Assembly: GCF_030013595.1 (NCBI RefSeq)
Contig: NZ_CP122768.1
Strand: one strand, 5' to 3'
Length of the DNA: 64,000 nucleotides
From: Escherichia coli
Lineage (GTDB): Bacteria; Pseudomonadota; Gammaproteobacteria; Enterobacterales; Enterobacteriaceae
Part shown: piece by piece, positions 28,628-41,808 of the stretch
Layout of the letters: the number at the start of each line of letters is the position of its first letter
Numbering within the stretch: the stretch's first letter is position 1
Position numbers and translations under genes: made by a program
The notes under the pieces: model-generated
Databases searched by the model: none
Told to the model about the DNA's origin: nothing
The model's input: the letters and a program-made list of their open reading frames with translations, nothing else

Positions 28628-29848
28628 ATGGCAATGAGTGAACAAACCCAGCCTGTGGCGGGCGCGGCTGCGTCAACGACCAAGGCCCGAACATCGTTTG
28701 GTATTTTAGGTGCTATCAGCCTCTCACATCTGCTGAACGACATGATCCAATCGCTGATTCTGGCGATTTATCCTCTGCTTCAGTCAGAATTTTCTCTGAC
28801 ATTTATGCAGATTGGCATGATAACCCTCACCTTCCAGCTCGCCTCTTCGCTACTGCAACCGGTGGTCGGCTACTGGACCGATAAATATCCGATGCCGTGG
28901 TCGTTGCCAATTGGCATGTGCTTTACCTTAAGTGGTCTGGTGCTGCTTGCGCTGGCGGGCAGTTTTGGCGCAGTTCTGCTGGCGGCGGCGCTGGTCGGTA
29001 CCGGTTCATCGGTCTTTCATCCGGAATCTTCTCGCGTGGCCCGTATGGCTTCTGGCGGGCGTCATGGCCTGGCGCAATCTATCTTTCAGGTCGGCGGCAA
29101 CTTTGGCAGCTCCCTGGGGCCCTTGCTGGCAGCGGTGATTATCGCGCCTTATGGCAAAGGCAACGTAGCCTGGTTTGTGCTTGCGGCACTGCTGGCGATC
29201 GTGGTGTTGGCGCAAATCAGCCGTTGGTACTCGGCACAGCACCGAATGAATAAAGGAAAACCAAAAGCGACGATTATCAATCCACTGCCGCGCAACAAAG
29301 TGGTACTGGCGGTCAGCATTCTGTTAATCCTCATTTTCTCGAAATATTTCTATATGGCGAGCATCAGCAGCTATTACACCTTTTATCTGATGCAAAAATT
29401 CGGATTATCTATCCAGAATGCCCAGCTTCATCTGTTTGCCTTCCTGTTTGCCGTTGCGGCAGGTACGGTGATCGGCGGGCCTGTAGGGGATAAAATTGGG
29501 CGAAAATATGTGATTTGGGGCTCTATCCTCGGCGTTGCGCCGTTTACGCTGATTTTACCCTACGCCAGCCTGCACTGGACGGGGGTTTTAACGGTGATTA
29601 TTGGATTTATCCTCGCTTCGGCATTCTCTGCCATTCTGGTCTACGCTCAGGAGCTGCTTCCGGGACGTATCGGTATGGTTTCTGGACTCTTTTTCGGTTT
29701 TGCTTTCGGCATGGGAGGTCTGGGAGCGGCAGTTCTGGGGCTTATCGCCGATCACACCAGCATCGAGTTAGTCTATAAAATCTGTGCTTTCCTGCCACTA
29801 TTGGGGATGTTGACCATATTCCTGCCTGATAACCGGCATAAAGACTGA
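28628..29848 (+). CDS. fsr: Fosmidomycin-resistance MFS transporter
   Basis: 406-aa polytopic ORF; recognised. Confidence 0.93.
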   Translation: MAMSEQTQPVAGAAASTTKARTSFGILGAISLSHLLNDMIQSLILAIYPLLQSEFSLTFMQIGMITLTFQLASSLLQPVVGYWTDKYPMPWSLPIGMCFTLSGLVLLALAGSFGAVLLAAALVGTGSSVFHPESSRVARMASGGRHGLAQSIFQVGGNFGSSLGPLLAAVIIAPYGKGNVAWFVLAALLAIVVLAQISRWYSAQHRMNKGKPKATIINPLPRNKVVLAVSILLILIFSKYFYMASISSYYTFYLMQKFGLSIQNAQLHLFAFLFAVAAGTVIGGPVGDKIGRKYVIWGSILGVAPFTLILPYASLHWTGVLTVIIGFILASAFSAILVYAQELLPGRIGMVSGLFFGFAFGMGGLGAAVLGLIADHTSIELVYKICAFLPLLGMLTIFLPDNRHKD

Positions 29849-29855
29849 TTTCATT

Positions 29856-29884
29856 GCAGCCAAAGGCAAACTTTGGCTGCATCG
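29856..29884 (+). terminator. Putative intrinsic terminator of fsr
   Basis: gcagccaaaggcaaactttggctgc hairpin followed by atcgtttt. Confidence 0.5.
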
Positions 29885-30085
29885 TTTTACAGTCGCCATA
29901 AGCCTTTCCTCTGTTAAACCGCCTTCAGTTTTCCGATCCGTGCTTTTTTTGCAGCTAATTCCATTTTTCTGCAAAATTCAACAATTATTCATAAACATCA
30001 TCAATGAAATTGTCATAAACTATTACCTGTAATTTTGGTTTTCCCGGCCAAAAATGGACAATAACCACCAGGAAAAGGAGACGGA

Positions 30086-31762
30086 ATGCATCACGCCACC
30101 CCGCTTATCACCACCATTGTTGGCGGCCTTGTGCTCGCCTTTATCCTTGGCATGCTGGCCAATAAACTACGTATTTCTCCTCTGGTGGGATATCTGTTAG
30201 CGGGTGTGCTGGCAGGACCATTCACTCCGGGCTTTGTTGCCGATACCAAGCTTGCGCCGGAACTGGCTGAACTGGGCGTTATTTTGCTGATGTTCGGCGT
30301 CGGTTTGCATTTTTCGCTGAAGGATTTGATGGCGGTAAAGGCCATCGCCATTCCCGGTGCGATCGCCCAGATAGCCGTGGCGACGCTGCTGGGTATGGCG
30401 CTCTCCGCCGTGCTGGGCTGGTCGTTAATGACCGGTATCGTGTTCGGCTTATGTCTTTCCACCGCCAGTACCGTGGTGTTACTGCGCGCACTTGAAGAAC
30501 GGCAATTAATTGACAGTCAGCGTGGGCAAATCGCCATCGGTTGGTTGATTGTGGAAGACCTGGTAATGGTTCTGACGCTGGTGTTGCTGCCCGCAGTGGC
30601 AGGAATGATGGAACAAGGCGATGTGGGCTTTGCCACTCTTGCTGTCGATATGGGGATCACCATCGGCAAGGTGATCGCATTTATCGCCATTATGATGCTG
30701 GTAGGTCGCCGTCTGGTGCCGTGGATTATGGCACGCAGCGCAGCAACCGGTTCCCGTGAGCTGTTTACCCTGTCGGTGCTGGCGCTGGCGTTAGGGATTG
30801 CCTTTGGTGCGGTGGAGCTGTTTGATGTCTCCTTTGCACTCGGTGCGTTCTTTGCCGGGATGGTACTGAACGAGTCTGAACTGAGTCACCGTGCCGCCCA
30901 CGATACGCTGCCATTGCGCGACGCGTTTGCGGTGCTGTTTTTTGTCTCCGTCGGGATGTTGTTTGATCCGTTAATTCTGATTCAGCAACCGCTGGCAGTG
31001 CTGGCGACGCTGGCGATTATTCTGTTTGGTAAGTCGTTAGCCGCGTTTTTCCTGGTGCGACTGTTTGGTCACTCCCAACGTACGGCATTAACTATCGCCG
31101 CCAGCCTGGCGCAAATTGGTGAGTTCGCGTTTATCCTGGCGGGACTGGGCATGGCGCTGGATCTGTTGCCGCAAGCCGGGCAGAACCTGGTACTGGCAGG
31201 GGCGATTTTGTCGATTATGCTCAACCCGGTCCTGTTTGCGCTGCTGGAGAAATATCTGGCGAAGACCGAAACGCTGGAAGAGCAGACGCTGGAAGAGGCT
31301 ATCGAAGAAGAGAAGCAGATCCCAGTGGATATTTGCAACCATGCGCTACTGGTAGGTTACGGTCGTGTAGGCAGCCTGCTGGGGGAGAAATTGCTCGCCT
31401 CTGATATTCCTTTAGTGGTGATTGAGACGTCACGTACTCGCGTCGATGAACTGCGCGAGCGCGGGGTCCGCGCAGTATTGGGCAATGCGGCGAACGAAGA
31501 GATTATGCAACTGGCACATCTGGAATGTGCAAAATGGCTGATCCTGACGATTCCCAACGGTTATGAAGCGGGCGAGATTGTGGCGTCTGCCCGCGCGAAA
31601 AATCCGGATATTGAGATTATTGCCCGCGCCCATTATGACGATGAAGTGGCGTATATCACCGAACGTGGTGCGAATCAGGTAGTGATGGGTGAGCGTGAAA
31701 TTGCCCGTACTATGCTGGAACTGCTGGAAACGCCACCGGCGGGTGAGGTGGTGACGGGGTAA
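30086..31762 (+). CDS. ybaL: CPA2-family cation:proton antiporter YbaL (KefB/KefC-like, C-terminal TrkA-N/Rossmann domain)
   Basis: 558-aa ORF; hydrophobic N-terminal domain then LLVGYGRVGS Rossmann motif; recognised. Confidence 0.94.
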   Translation: MHHATPLITTIVGGLVLAFILGMLANKLRISPLVGYLLAGVLAGPFTPGFVADTKLAPELAELGVILLMFGVGLHFSLKDLMAVKAIAIPGAIAQIAVATLLGMALSAVLGWSLMTGIVFGLCLSTASTVVLLRALEERQLIDSQRGQIAIGWLIVEDLVMVLTLVLLPAVAGMMEQGDVGFATLAVDMGITIGKVIAFIAIMMLVGRRLVPWIMARSAATGSRELFTLSVLALALGIAFGAVELFDVSFALGAFFAGMVLNESELSHRAAHDTLPLRDAFAVLFFVSVGMLFDPLILIQQPLAVLATLAIILFGKSLAAFFLVRLFGHSQRTALTIAASLAQIGEFAFILAGLGMALDLLPQAGQNLVLAGAILSIMLNPVLFALLEKYLAKTETLEEQTLEEAIEEEKQIPVDICNHALLVGYGRVGSLLGEKLLASDIPLVVIETSRTRVDELRERGVRAVLGNAANEEIMQLAHLECAKWLILTIPNGYEAGEIVASARAKNPDIEIIARAHYDDEVAYITERGANQVVMGEREIARTMLELLETPPAGEVVTG

Positions 31763-31769
31763 ACGGTGG

Positions 31770-31885
31770 TTGCCGGATGTAAAATATGAAAAATATGTAG
31801 GCATGATAAGACGCGCCTGCGTCGCATCAGGCATTGAGAGCAAAATGCCAGATGCGGCGTGAACGCCTTATCTGGCCTACGAACC
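31770..31885. repeat. REP pair (BIME-like) between convergent ybaL and gsk
   Basis: taggcatgataagacgcgcctgcgtcgcatcaggca (31798-31833) and tgccagatgcggcgtgaacgccttatctggcctacg (31846-31881) are inverted REP-like palindromes. Confidence 0.65.
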
Positions 31886-31894
31886 GACGATAAC

Positions 31895-33199
31895 TTAACG
31901 ATCCCAGTAAGACTCTTCCAGGCTGTCTTCACGCTCCGGCAAGCCGCGCGTTAAACGAGGTGAATGCTGGTTCAGTACCTGATAGCTCACACGGTTAGCA
32001 TATTTACACACCTGCGCTAATGACGAATACGTCAACCAGGTGAATTTATGTTTGCTGGAGTTTGGTACGTTGCTACGGTGGTAGCTGTTGGCGGTAATGT
32101 CATGCAGCAACGCTGCCAGTGCGCCATCCCCCGCTCCATTAGTGTTCATGATTTTTTCCGGCCCGCCCATATACGGCGCAATGTGCGAATAGACACGCAG
32201 CGGATTCTGGCAATCCTTGTGGCGCATGGCGCGGCTAAACTCATACTGGTTAAATTCCGCTATAGCGCCCGGCAGCAGCGGATGCTGGGTTTTACGTTTC
32301 GCTTCGTCTTCAGTAAAGCCCGCCATATACAAGCCGATTGGCCCGGCGGTGCACAGCACCAGATCAACCCAGTCCAGCGCCTTGTCAGATGCTAACAACG
32401 GATCGCTTTCTCCGGTCAACGCTTCAGCCTCATCTTCGTTCATCGCAAGGATAGAGACGTGATCTTTGAGGAATTGCTGCCACCACTGCGGATTCTCGGC
32501 AATAACAAACTTGGTGCCCAGCGTCAGCACCACCGGTACGTTATATTTCTTCGCGTACTCAATGGCTTTCATGGTTGCTTCCGGCATGGGTTCACCCGGC
32601 TTGCAACGCACCAGATAAGAGGTGAGAACCAGTGCCGAGGCTCCGGCAATCACATCTTCCGGAATGCTTTCAGCCCGCAGCTGGTTCATGTGGCCAGGAC
32701 TGATAGCAAAGGTACGTTCCCCGGACTCGCCAATCAGCGTAAAGCAACGACCAATCGGGCCATCCACGCCTTGTAGATAGTTAAGATCGGTACGGCTGGA
32801 GGTGTTACACAGGTAACGATAGGCATAGCTGCCAATTTCAATATTGCTGCACATCACACCCAGCAGCACCGAACGGTCATCCGCGAGCACCGAGTAGTTG
32901 TGCATGGTGTTACCAATAGTGCCACCCGCAAATTGATGGGTAATCAGGTTTTTCTGTTTTAGTTCCTGATAAAGCGCTTCGGCTACGTCATCCTCAATCA
33001 CCAGTGAATGCCCGGCGCTTAATCCATAACGCTCAATGAATTCGTCATCCACTTTCGCTTCAATATCGACCAGCGTTTGATCGATACCCACTACCCAGGC
33101 GGCGCTGGTTTCGTTTTCTGGCTGGAATTGCTGAAGCAGCGGATCGCGTGCATTTACAGGGAAGTAATGTTTGGATTTACGTTTACCGGGAAATTTCAT
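31895..33199 (-). CDS. gsk: Inosine-guanosine kinase
   Basis: 434-aa ORF; recognised. Confidence 0.95.
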   Translation of the reverse strand: MKFPGKRKSKHYFPVNARDPLLQQFQPENETSAAWVVGIDQTLVDIEAKVDDEFIERYGLSAGHSLVIEDDVAEALYQELKQKNLITHQFAGGTIGNTMHNYSVLADDRSVLLGVMCSNIEIGSYAYRYLCNTSSRTDLNYLQGVDGPIGRCFTLIGESGERTFAISPGHMNQLRAESIPEDVIAGASALVLTSYLVRCKPGEPMPEATMKAIEYAKKYNVPVVLTLGTKFVIAENPQWWQQFLKDHVSILAMNEDEAEALTGESDPLLASDKALDWVDLVLCTAGPIGLYMAGFTEDEAKRKTQHPLLPGAIAEFNQYEFSRAMRHKDCQNPLRVYSHIAPYMGGPEKIMNTNGAGDGALAALLHDITANSYHRSNVPNSSKHKFTWLTYSSLAQVCKYANRVSYQVLNQHSPRLTRGLPEREDSLEESYWDR

Positions 33200-33350
33200 G
33201 GTTGTTTTTACGGGTGGTTAACTGAGCGGCGAATGTTAACACAATCTGACGGGAGCGCGCGAGACGCAGCCAGTTTCAATATCAGCAGGCGGGATCGCAT
33301 TTTCATGGCAGTGGTTCCTTACAATGACGTAATTTGAAAGGAGTTTTTGC

Positions 33351-34310
33351 ATGAAGCCGGAAAACAAATTACCCGTTCTGGACCTTATTTCTGCTGAAAT
33401 GAAGACCGTTGTGAATACTCTTCAGCCGGATTTACCGCCCTGGCCCGCAACGGGAACGATTGCTGAGCAACGACAGTATTACACACTTGAGCGCCGATTC
33501 TGGAATGCGGGCGCTCCAGAAATGGCAACCAGAGCTTACATGGTTCCAACAAAATATGGGCAGGTGGAAACACGTCTCTTTTGTCCGCAGCCAGATAGCC
33601 CGGCGACGCTATTTTATTTGCATGGCGGCGGTTTTATTCTCGGCAATCTTGATACCCACGATCGCATCATGCGCCTGCTGGCAAGCTACAGCCAATGTAC
33701 GGTGATTGGCATTGATTACACCCTTTCACCTGAAGCGCGTTTTCCGCAAGCAATAGAGGAAATTGTGGCTGCCTGTTGTTATTTCCACCAGCAGGCGGAA
33801 GATTATCAAATCAATATGTCCCGCATTGGCTTTGCCGGTGATTCCGCAGGTGCCATGCTGGCGCTCGCCAGTGCGTTGTGGTTGCGTGATAAACAGATCG
33901 ATTGCGGTAAAGTTGCGGGCGTTTTGCTGTGGTATGGGCTTTACGGATTACGGGATTCCGTGACTCGTCGTCTGTTGGGCGGTGTCTGGGATGGCTTAAC
34001 GCAACAGGATTTACAGATGTATGAAGAGGCGTATTTAAGCAACGACGCGGACCGCGAGTCGCCGTATTACTGCCTGTTTAATAATGATCTCACTCGCGAA
34101 GTTCCGCCCTGTTTTATTGCCGGGGCGGAGTTCGATCCGCTGCTGGATGACAGCCGTCTGCTTTACCAGACGTTAGCGGCGCATCAGCAGCCCTGTGAGT
34201 TCAAACTCTACCCAGGCACGCTGCACGCCTTTTTGCATTATTCACGGATGATGAAAACCGCCGACGAGGCTCTTCGTGACGGCGCTCAGTTCTTTACCGC
34301 TCAGCTTTAG
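33351..34310 (+). CDS. aes: Acetyl esterase (alpha/beta hydrolase, HSL family)
   Basis: 319-aa ORF with HGGG oxyanion motif and GDSAG catalytic serine motif. Confidence 0.95.
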
Positions 34311-35269
34311 CGATACGCGGCAACAAGATTAGCCATCATCTCGATATGTTCCGGCGTGGCATTAAGCGCCGGAATATATTCATATTTTTTCCCGCCCGCA
34401 CCGAGGAAGACCTCACGGTTTTGCTCGGCAATCTCTTCCAGCGTCTCCAGACAATCCGCAGCAAAGCCCGGGCACATCACCTGTATATGACCTACGCCTT
34501 TTTCTCCGAGCATTTTCAGCGTTTCGTCGGTATAAGGCATCAGCCAGGGTTCCCGCCCAAAGCGCGACTGAAAGGTCATCATCACTTTTTCCGGTGCCAT
34601 CCCCAGTGCGGAAGCCAGTTCGCGAGTCGTTGTGCGGCAACGTTGCGGATAATCATCGCCTTCATCGGCATAACGCTGGGGAATGCCATGATAAGAGAGC
34701 AGCAGCAGATCCGGTTCGCCATGTTTGGCAAAAGAAGCACGTACGCTGTTCGCCAGTGCATTAATGTAATCGTGGTTATCGGCGTAATCACGAATAAACG
34801 ATATCCCCGGAATGCTACGTTTGCGCGCCAGAATGCGTGCCAGTTCATCCCATACCGCACCGACCGTTGAACAGGAGTATTGCGGATAAAGCGGCAGCAC
34901 CACAATATGATCTACATGCTCTGCCAGGAGTTCATCTACGGCGCTTTCCAGTGATGGCGAGCCGTAGCTCATTCCCAGCGCTACGGGCGTCTCCGGTAAA
35001 CGTTGTGCCAGCGCCTGCTGTTGCTGGCGGCTGTAAACCATCAGTGGCGAGCCACCTTCCATCCAGACAGAAGCATACAGCTTCGCCACACGCGGCGAGC
35101 GCAGTGGCAAAATCACGCCGCGCAGCAATGGCCACCATAACAACCGTGAGGTATCAACCACACGTCTGTCGCTTAAAAATTGTTTCAGATAGCGTTTTAC
35201 CGCTTCAGGTGTGGGGGCATCGGGCGTACCCAGGTTTGCCAGCAGGATACCGGTTTTTGTCTGACGCAT
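34307..35269 (-). CDS. hemH: Ferrochelatase
   Basis: 320-aa ORF; recognised; 3' end overlaps aes by 4 bp (convergent). Confidence 0.95.
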
Positions 35270-35400
35270 TACCGCCTCTTATCGATTCAACTTGTTGATA
35301 ATTGTAGCGGAAAAGTGAAGAAGAAGAACTAATTGCTGTGAGAGGTATTGCCTGAGGAGGATGAGCAGACCTGCCCGAAAGCAGATCTGCTGCGGCTTGA

Positions 35401-36117
<717 letters not shown>

Positions 36118-36225
36118 TCAAGAAAGGCACCTGGGGCTGAAACGGTTAATGGCGAGATAATTTGCGGAAAGTGCAGATAATGAAAAGAAAAATGCCGGAT
36201 GACACAAAGGTCATCCGGCATGGCA

Positions 36226-38100
36226 TCAGGAAACCAGCAGCTGGTTCATACGACGAATAAACAGGTTCGGATCTTCCAGCGTGCCGCGTTCTGCCAGCAG
36301 CGCCTGATCCAGCAGCAGTTCTACCCACTCGCTGAACTTCGCTTCATCTTCAGTATCCGCCGCACGTTTCACCAGTACGTGATCCGGGTTCAGTTCGAAG
36401 ATGTATTTCACTTCTGGCACTTTCTGGCCCGCTGCGGCAAACAGTTTCGCCATCTGGGTGCTCATTTCGTCCGCGTCGGTAGAAACGATCGCTGGCGTAT
36501 CGGTCAGACGGTGAGTCAGACGGACATCTTTCACGCGCTCGCCGAGCAGGGCTTTCACACGGTCGATGAACGGAGTCAGGGCTTTCTCCGCTTCTTTCGC
36601 GCTCTCATCAACTTCGTCAGCCAGTTTTTCCAGCGACTCGTCAACTTTAGACACAGACTGGAACGGTTTACCGTCGAACTCAGTCAGATAGTTCATCATC
36701 CACTCATCGATGCGGTCGGAAAGTAGCAGAACTTCGATGCCTTTCTTACGCAGCAGTTCCAGGTGCGGGCTGCTCTTCGCTGCCGCATAGCTGTCTGCAG
36801 TGATGTAGTAGATTTTCTCCTGCCCTTCTTTCATGCGGGAAACGTAGTCTTCCAGAGACACGGTCTGCGCAGAAGAATCGGTATGGGTAGAAGCAAAACG
36901 CAGCAGTTTGGCGATCGCTTCCTGGTTAGCGAAATCTTCCGCCGGACCTTCTTTCAGTACCAGGCCAAACTGTTGCCAGAAGGTCTGGTATTTTTCCGCG
37001 TCGTCTTTCGCCAGTTTTTCCAGCATTTGCAGCACACGCTTGGTCAGCGCATTGCGCAGGTTACGCGTTACCGTGCTGTCCTGGAGGATTTCACGGGAAA
37101 CGTTCAGCGGCAGATCGCTGGAGTCAATCAGACCACGCACGAAGCGCAGATAGTTCGGCATGAACTGTTCTGCGTCGTCCATGATGAACACACGCTGAAC
37201 ATACAGTTTCAGGCCGTGTTTATGATCACGGTTCCACATATCCCACGGAGCCTGGGACGGGATGTACAGCAGGCTGGTGTACTCCTGCTTACCTTCAACG
37301 CGGTTGTGGCTCCAGGTCAGCGGATCGTTAAAGTCGTGGGCGATGTGTTTGTAGAACTCTTTGTACTCTTCATCGGTGATTTCTGACTTGTTACGAGTCC
37401 ACAGCGCCTGCGCTTTGTTGATTTTCTCCCGGGAGATAACGGTTTCGCCGTCTTTCTCTTCGCGTTTTTCGATCTCTACCGGCAGCGCGATATGGTCGGA
37501 ATATTTGCTGATGATGGAACGCACACGCCAGTCATCGAGGAACTCGTCTTCGCCTTCACGCAGATGCAGGGTGATTTCAGTACCACGATCTTCTTTAGTG
37601 ATGTCGGCAACGGTGTATTCACCTTCGCCAGCCGATTCCCAGAAGACGCCGTTTTCTGGTTTTTCGCCTGCCGCGCGAGTACGCACGGTCACTTTGTCAG
37701 CCACGATAAAAGCAGAGTAGAAACCAACACCAAACTGACCGATCAGCTGGCTGTCTTTCGCCTGGTCAGAACCCAGGGATTCGAGGAATGATTTGGTGCC
37801 GGATTTAGCGATAGTCCCCAGATGGTCAATCACTTCGTCGCGGGTCATCCCCACGCCGTTATCGGAGATGGTCAGCGTACGCTTGTCTTTATCGAAAGAG
37901 ACATGAACGCGCAGTTCGCCATCACCTTCATACAGGTCCGGGTTAGATAGCGCGCGGAAACGCAGCTTGTCCGCCGCATCGGAGGCGTTAGAGATAAGCT
38001 CACGCAGGAAGATTTCTTTATTGGAATAGAGAGAATGGATCATCAGGTGCAGAAGCTGCTTCACTTCTGACTGAAAACCACGAGTTTCTTGTCCTTTCAT
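36226..38100 (-). CDS. htpG: Hsp90-family chaperone HtpG
   Basis: 624-aa [45 protein letters not shown]...; recognised. Confidence 0.97.
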   Translation of the reverse strand: MKGQETRGFQSEVKQLLHLMIHSLYSNKEIFLRELISNASDAADKLRFRALSNPDLYEGDGELRVHVSFDKDKRTLTISDNGVGMTRDEVIDHLGTIAKSGTKSFLESLGSDQAKDSQLIGQFGVGFYSAFIVADKVTVRTRAAGEKPENGVFWESAGEGEYTVADITKEDRGTEITLHLREGEDEFLDDWRVRSIISKYSDHIALPVEIEKREEKDGETVISREKINKAQALWTRNKSEITDEEYKEFYKHIAHDFNDPLTWSHNRVEGKQEYTSLLYIPSQAPWDMWNRDHKHGLKLYVQRVFIMDDAEQFMPNYLRFVRGLIDSSDLPLNVSREILQDSTVTRNLRNALTKRVLQMLEKLAKDDAEKYQTFWQQFGLVLKEGPAEDFANQEAIAKLLRFASTHTDSSAQTVSLEDYVSRMKEGQEKIYYITADSYAAAKSSPHLELLRKKGIEVLLLSDRIDEWMMNYLTEFDGKPFQSVSKVDESLEKLADEVDESAKEAEKALTPFIDRVKALLGERVKDVRLTHRLTDTPAIVSTDADEMSTQMAKLFAAAGQKVPEVKYIFELNPDHVLVKRAADTEDEAKFSEWVELLLDQALLAERGTLEDPNLFIRRMNQLLVS

Positions 38101-38209
38101 GTAGGTCTACCTCAATAATGCCATTTTAAGGTTAAAAACAGGATGAGGGAGAGATGGGGACAAGGGGGAATAATTTCAAGCGAGAGCAGGTGATCCTGCT
38201 CTCGTTTGC

Positions 38210-38814
38210 TTAAAAACGAATCTTATGACGCCCGGCAAGGGAGTGTGACAGCGTGGTGCCATCGACCATTTCCAGTTCGCCGCCAACCGGTACGCCATGA
38301 GCGATTCGGCTGGCTTCCACGCCATATTGCGCGCAAAGCTCGGCAATGTAGTTAGCGGTAGCTTCACCTTCAACCGTGGGGTTGGTGGCGAGGATCACTT
38401 CAGTGATTTTTTCCTCTGCCAGACGCTGTTCCAGACGATCAAGCCCGATATCATCCGGACCGATGCCGTCCAGCGGTGACAGGTGCCCCATCAACACAAA
38501 ATAACGGCCTGAAAACTGCCCCGTCTGCTCAATGGCGTAGATGTCCGCCGGACTCTCCACCACGCAGATTTGACCGTTTTCCTGACGACGCGGATTCGAA
38601 CAGATGTTACAGACTTCCTGTTCGGTGAAGGTGCGGCAATCGGCGCAGTGGCCGATTTCCGACATCGCCCGGGTGAGCGCCTGCGCCAGACGCATCCCGC
38701 CGCTACGATCGCGCTGAAGCAGCGTGAACGCCATACGCTGCGCCGACTTCGGGCCAACGCCCGGCAGGCAGCGCAGTGCTTCCATAAGCTGTGTTAACAG
38801 CGGGCTGGTTTGCA

Positions 38815-38815
<1 letters not shown>
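38210..38815 (-). CDS. recR: Recombination protein RecR
   Basis: 201-aa ORF with C4 zinc finger ([16 protein letters not shown]) and Toprim region; start overlaps ybaB stop by 1 nt. Confidence 0.96.
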
Positions 38816-39159
<344 letters not shown>

Positions 39160-39196
39160 TCACGTTAAGGATGACGAACGTAAGCTGTGCTTACGA

Positions 39197-41128
39197 TCAA
39201 ATGGGGCGGATACTTTCTTCATCCAGCTCCGCATCGAAGAACCGACGCAGGGTCTGAATATTATTATCCGCAATAATGGACTCGCGCGCCTGCGCAAGTT
39301 TTTCTTCGTATATCGCCTGACGCCATTCCAGCGGCGTACGCACCGCGGGATTATCATCTTCAACGATAGTCAGTTCAACCGTTGAACCTTTTAACGTGCT
39401 CAACGCTTCAGCCAGTTTTTGCTGTGCACCGCGGTTGTTCAAATGCCGCTGAGAGGAGCGCAAATGCAGACATACTGCGTTGTCGCTCTCCTCTTTCCAG
39501 GCATTTAACGCCACCTGTTCGACCAGTTTTGGTAGCGAAAGTTGGCTCACCTGTGCCGCCCACGGGTCGCGCTCAATGGCTTCTGCCGCCAGCTTCGCCG
39601 CCAGTTCCGGCGTTTTTTCATGTTCCAGCGCTTTTTTCAGCGCCTTCGGCGTGGCGACCACTTCTTTTTGCTGCATCACTGGAGTGGTAGCCTTCCAGCG
39701 ATACGCTTCTTTTTTAGCTGGCGCTTTTTCCAGCGCCGATGGCACCGGACGCGCCTGAACGCGATCGGTGACCGAAGCCAGTCTTTCCAGCGCAGCGTTA
39801 TTCACCGGCCGCGCGCGGGTAGCGGCTGCCGGTTCACTCTTTTTTGCTTTGGTTGCTCCCTGCACGCGCTGCAACTGCTGGCGCGCCGCCAGCACCTGGC
39901 TGGTGGTTTCCGGGAGCGGTACAGTCGGTGCCTGCTGCGGCGCTGATTGCGGTTGCGGCGGCACCTGGGTTGGCGTCATTACTGCCGTTGGCGCGACGGG
40001 CGCAAAGGACTGGCGTGGCACTTCTGGCTCAGGCAGCGGCATACGCGGATGGAACGCCAGCGCGCGCAGCAGCGTCATCTCTACGCCCATACGGCGGTCT
40101 GGCGCATACGGTAATTCTTTGCGACCAATCAACAGCGTCTGATAGTAAAGCTGAATATCCGTCGGCGGTATGGTGCGCGCCAGTTCACGCATCCGCAGCT
40201 CGATGGCAGCCATGTCGTTGCCAAGTGCAGCAGGCGAAAGTTGTACCATCGCAATACGATGCAACAGGCCGAGCATTTCCACCAGCAACGCTTCCCACTC
40301 GATACCACGGGCAGCGGCTTCATTAATCAGCGCCATTACGCGCTCGCCGTTGGCTTCAACCATCGCTTCAACCAGCGACAGCGCCTGATCGTCGTCAAGC
40401 GTACCCAGCATCGCACTGACCGCCTGAGTTGAAACCTGGCCGTCACCGCTGGCAATCGCCTGGTCGGTCAAACTTAAGGCATCCCGCAGGCTGCCTTCAG
40501 CGGCGCGTGCCAACAATTGCAGCGCCCGCGGCTCGTGAGCGATATGTTCTTCATTGAGGATGTGCTCAAGCTGATGGCGAATTTGCTCGACATCCAGCGC
40601 CTTGAGATGAAATTGCAGACAACGTGACAAAATCGTCACCGGCAATTTCTGCGGATCGGTCGTCGCCAGCAGAAACTTAACGTGCTCCGGCGGCTCTTCA
40701 AGGGTTTTTAACAGTGCGTTAAAGCTGTGGCGCGACAGCATATGCACTTCGTCGATCAGATAAACTTTGAAACGACCACGCGCCGGAGCGTACTGGACGT
40801 TATCCAGCAGGTCGCGAGTGTCTTCAACTTTAGTGCGCGAGGCGGCGTCGATTTCAATCAGATCGACAAAGCGCCCCTGCTCGATTTCACGACAGTTATC
40901 GCACACGCCGCACGGCGTCGCGGTAATGCCGGTTTCGCAGTTTAGCCCCTTCGCCAGCAGTCGGGCGATAGAGGTTTTTCCGACGCCACGGGTGCCGGAA
41001 AAAAGATAAGCATGATGAATACGCCCTAACGACAAGCCGTTCGCCAGTGCGGTCAGCACATGTTCCTGGCCGACGACGTCAGCAAAGGTTTGTGGGCGCC
41101 ATTTTCGGGCTAAGACCTGATAACTCAT
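39197..41128 (-). CDS. dnaX: DNA polymerase III tau subunit (gamma produced by -1 frameshift)
   Basis: 643-aa ORF with AAA+ Walker A (GTRGVGKTS); recognised. Confidence 0.97.
   Translation of the reverse strand: MSYQVLARKWRPQTFADVVGQEHVLTALANGLSLGRIHHAYLFSGTRGVGKTSIARLLAKGLNCETGITATPCGVCDNCREIEQGRFVDLIEIDAASRTKVEDTRDLLDNVQYAPARGRFKVYLIDEVHMLSRHSFNALLKTLEEPPEHVKFLLATTDPQKLPVTILSRCLQFHLKALDVEQIRHQLEHILNEEHIAHEPRALQLLARAAEGSLRDALSLTDQAIASGDGQVSTQAVSAMLGTLDDDQALSLVEAMVEANGERVMALINEAAARGIEWEALLVEMLGLLHRIAMVQLSPAALGNDMAAIELRMRELARTIPPTDIQLYYQTLLIGRKELPYAPDRRMGVEMTLLRALAFHPRMPLPEPEVPRQSFAPVAPTAVMTPTQVPPQPQSAPQQAPTVPLPETTSQVLAARQQLQRVQGATKAKKSEPAAATRARPVNNAALERLASVTDRVQARPVPSALEKAPAKKEAYRWKATTPVMQQKEVVATPKALKKALEHEKTPELAAKLAAEAIERDPWAAQVSQLSLPKLVEQVALNAWKEESDNAVCLHLRSSQRHLNNRGAQQKLAEALSTLKGSTVELTIVEDDNPAVRTPLEWRQAIYEEKLAQARESIIADNNIQTLRRFFDAELDEESIRPI
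39800..39847 (-). promoter_or_regulatory. dnaX programmed -1 ribosomal frameshift site (slippery A AAA AAG plus downstream stem-loop)
   Basis: Minus strand reads GCA AAA AAG AGT GAA (AKKSE) followed by ccggcagccgctacccgcgcgcggccgg stem-loop; plus-strand heptamer at 39839-39845. Confidence 0.85.
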
Positions 41129-41256
41129 TGGCAGGCTCTGAAACGCTGGAAGGTGGATTCACGAAGGGGTAATGCTAACACAGCCCCGTCAGAACGGCGA
41201 GGCTGAATGCACATCTTGTGCTGTCCGTAGCGTGGGCAGCACAAGACTGGCGATAA

Positions 41257-41808
41257 TTAATGGCCCGGGAACGGAACAAGGCTGTAGCTGGTAATGCCCT
41301 GTTTTTCGAGACGCTGTTCGCCGCCGAGATCGAACAGGTTGATAATGAACGCAGCGTCAGCCACTTCACCACCCAGACGACGGATCAGTTTAACGGTCGC
41401 TTCGATAGTGCCGCCGGTTGCCAGCAGATCGTCCACCACCAGAACTTTGTCGCCCGGTTTGATGGCATCAACGTGGATTTCCAGCTGATCGGTGCCGTAT
41501 TCCAGGTCGTAAGTTTCACTGATGGTTTCACGCGGCAGTTTGCCCGGTTTACGGACCGGCACAAAGCCAACGCCCAGACCCAGAGCTACCGGAGCGCCAA
41601 ACAAGAAGCCACGCGCTTCGGTGCCGACAACTTTGGTAATGCCCGCATTTTTGTAACGCTCAACCAGCAAGTCGATGCTGAGAGCGTAAGCTTTCGGGTC
41701 TTCCAGTAAGCTGGTGACATCACGGAAAAGAATGCCGGGTTTTGGGTAGTCCTGAATGCTTTTGATGCTATTTTTGAGATACTCAAGCTGCTGTGCAGTC
41801 GCGGTCAT
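41257..41808 (-). CDS. apt: Adenine phosphoribosyltransferase
   Basis: Conserved start [32 protein letters not shown] at Met19 of the 201-aa track ORF, giving 183 aa. Confidence 0.95.
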
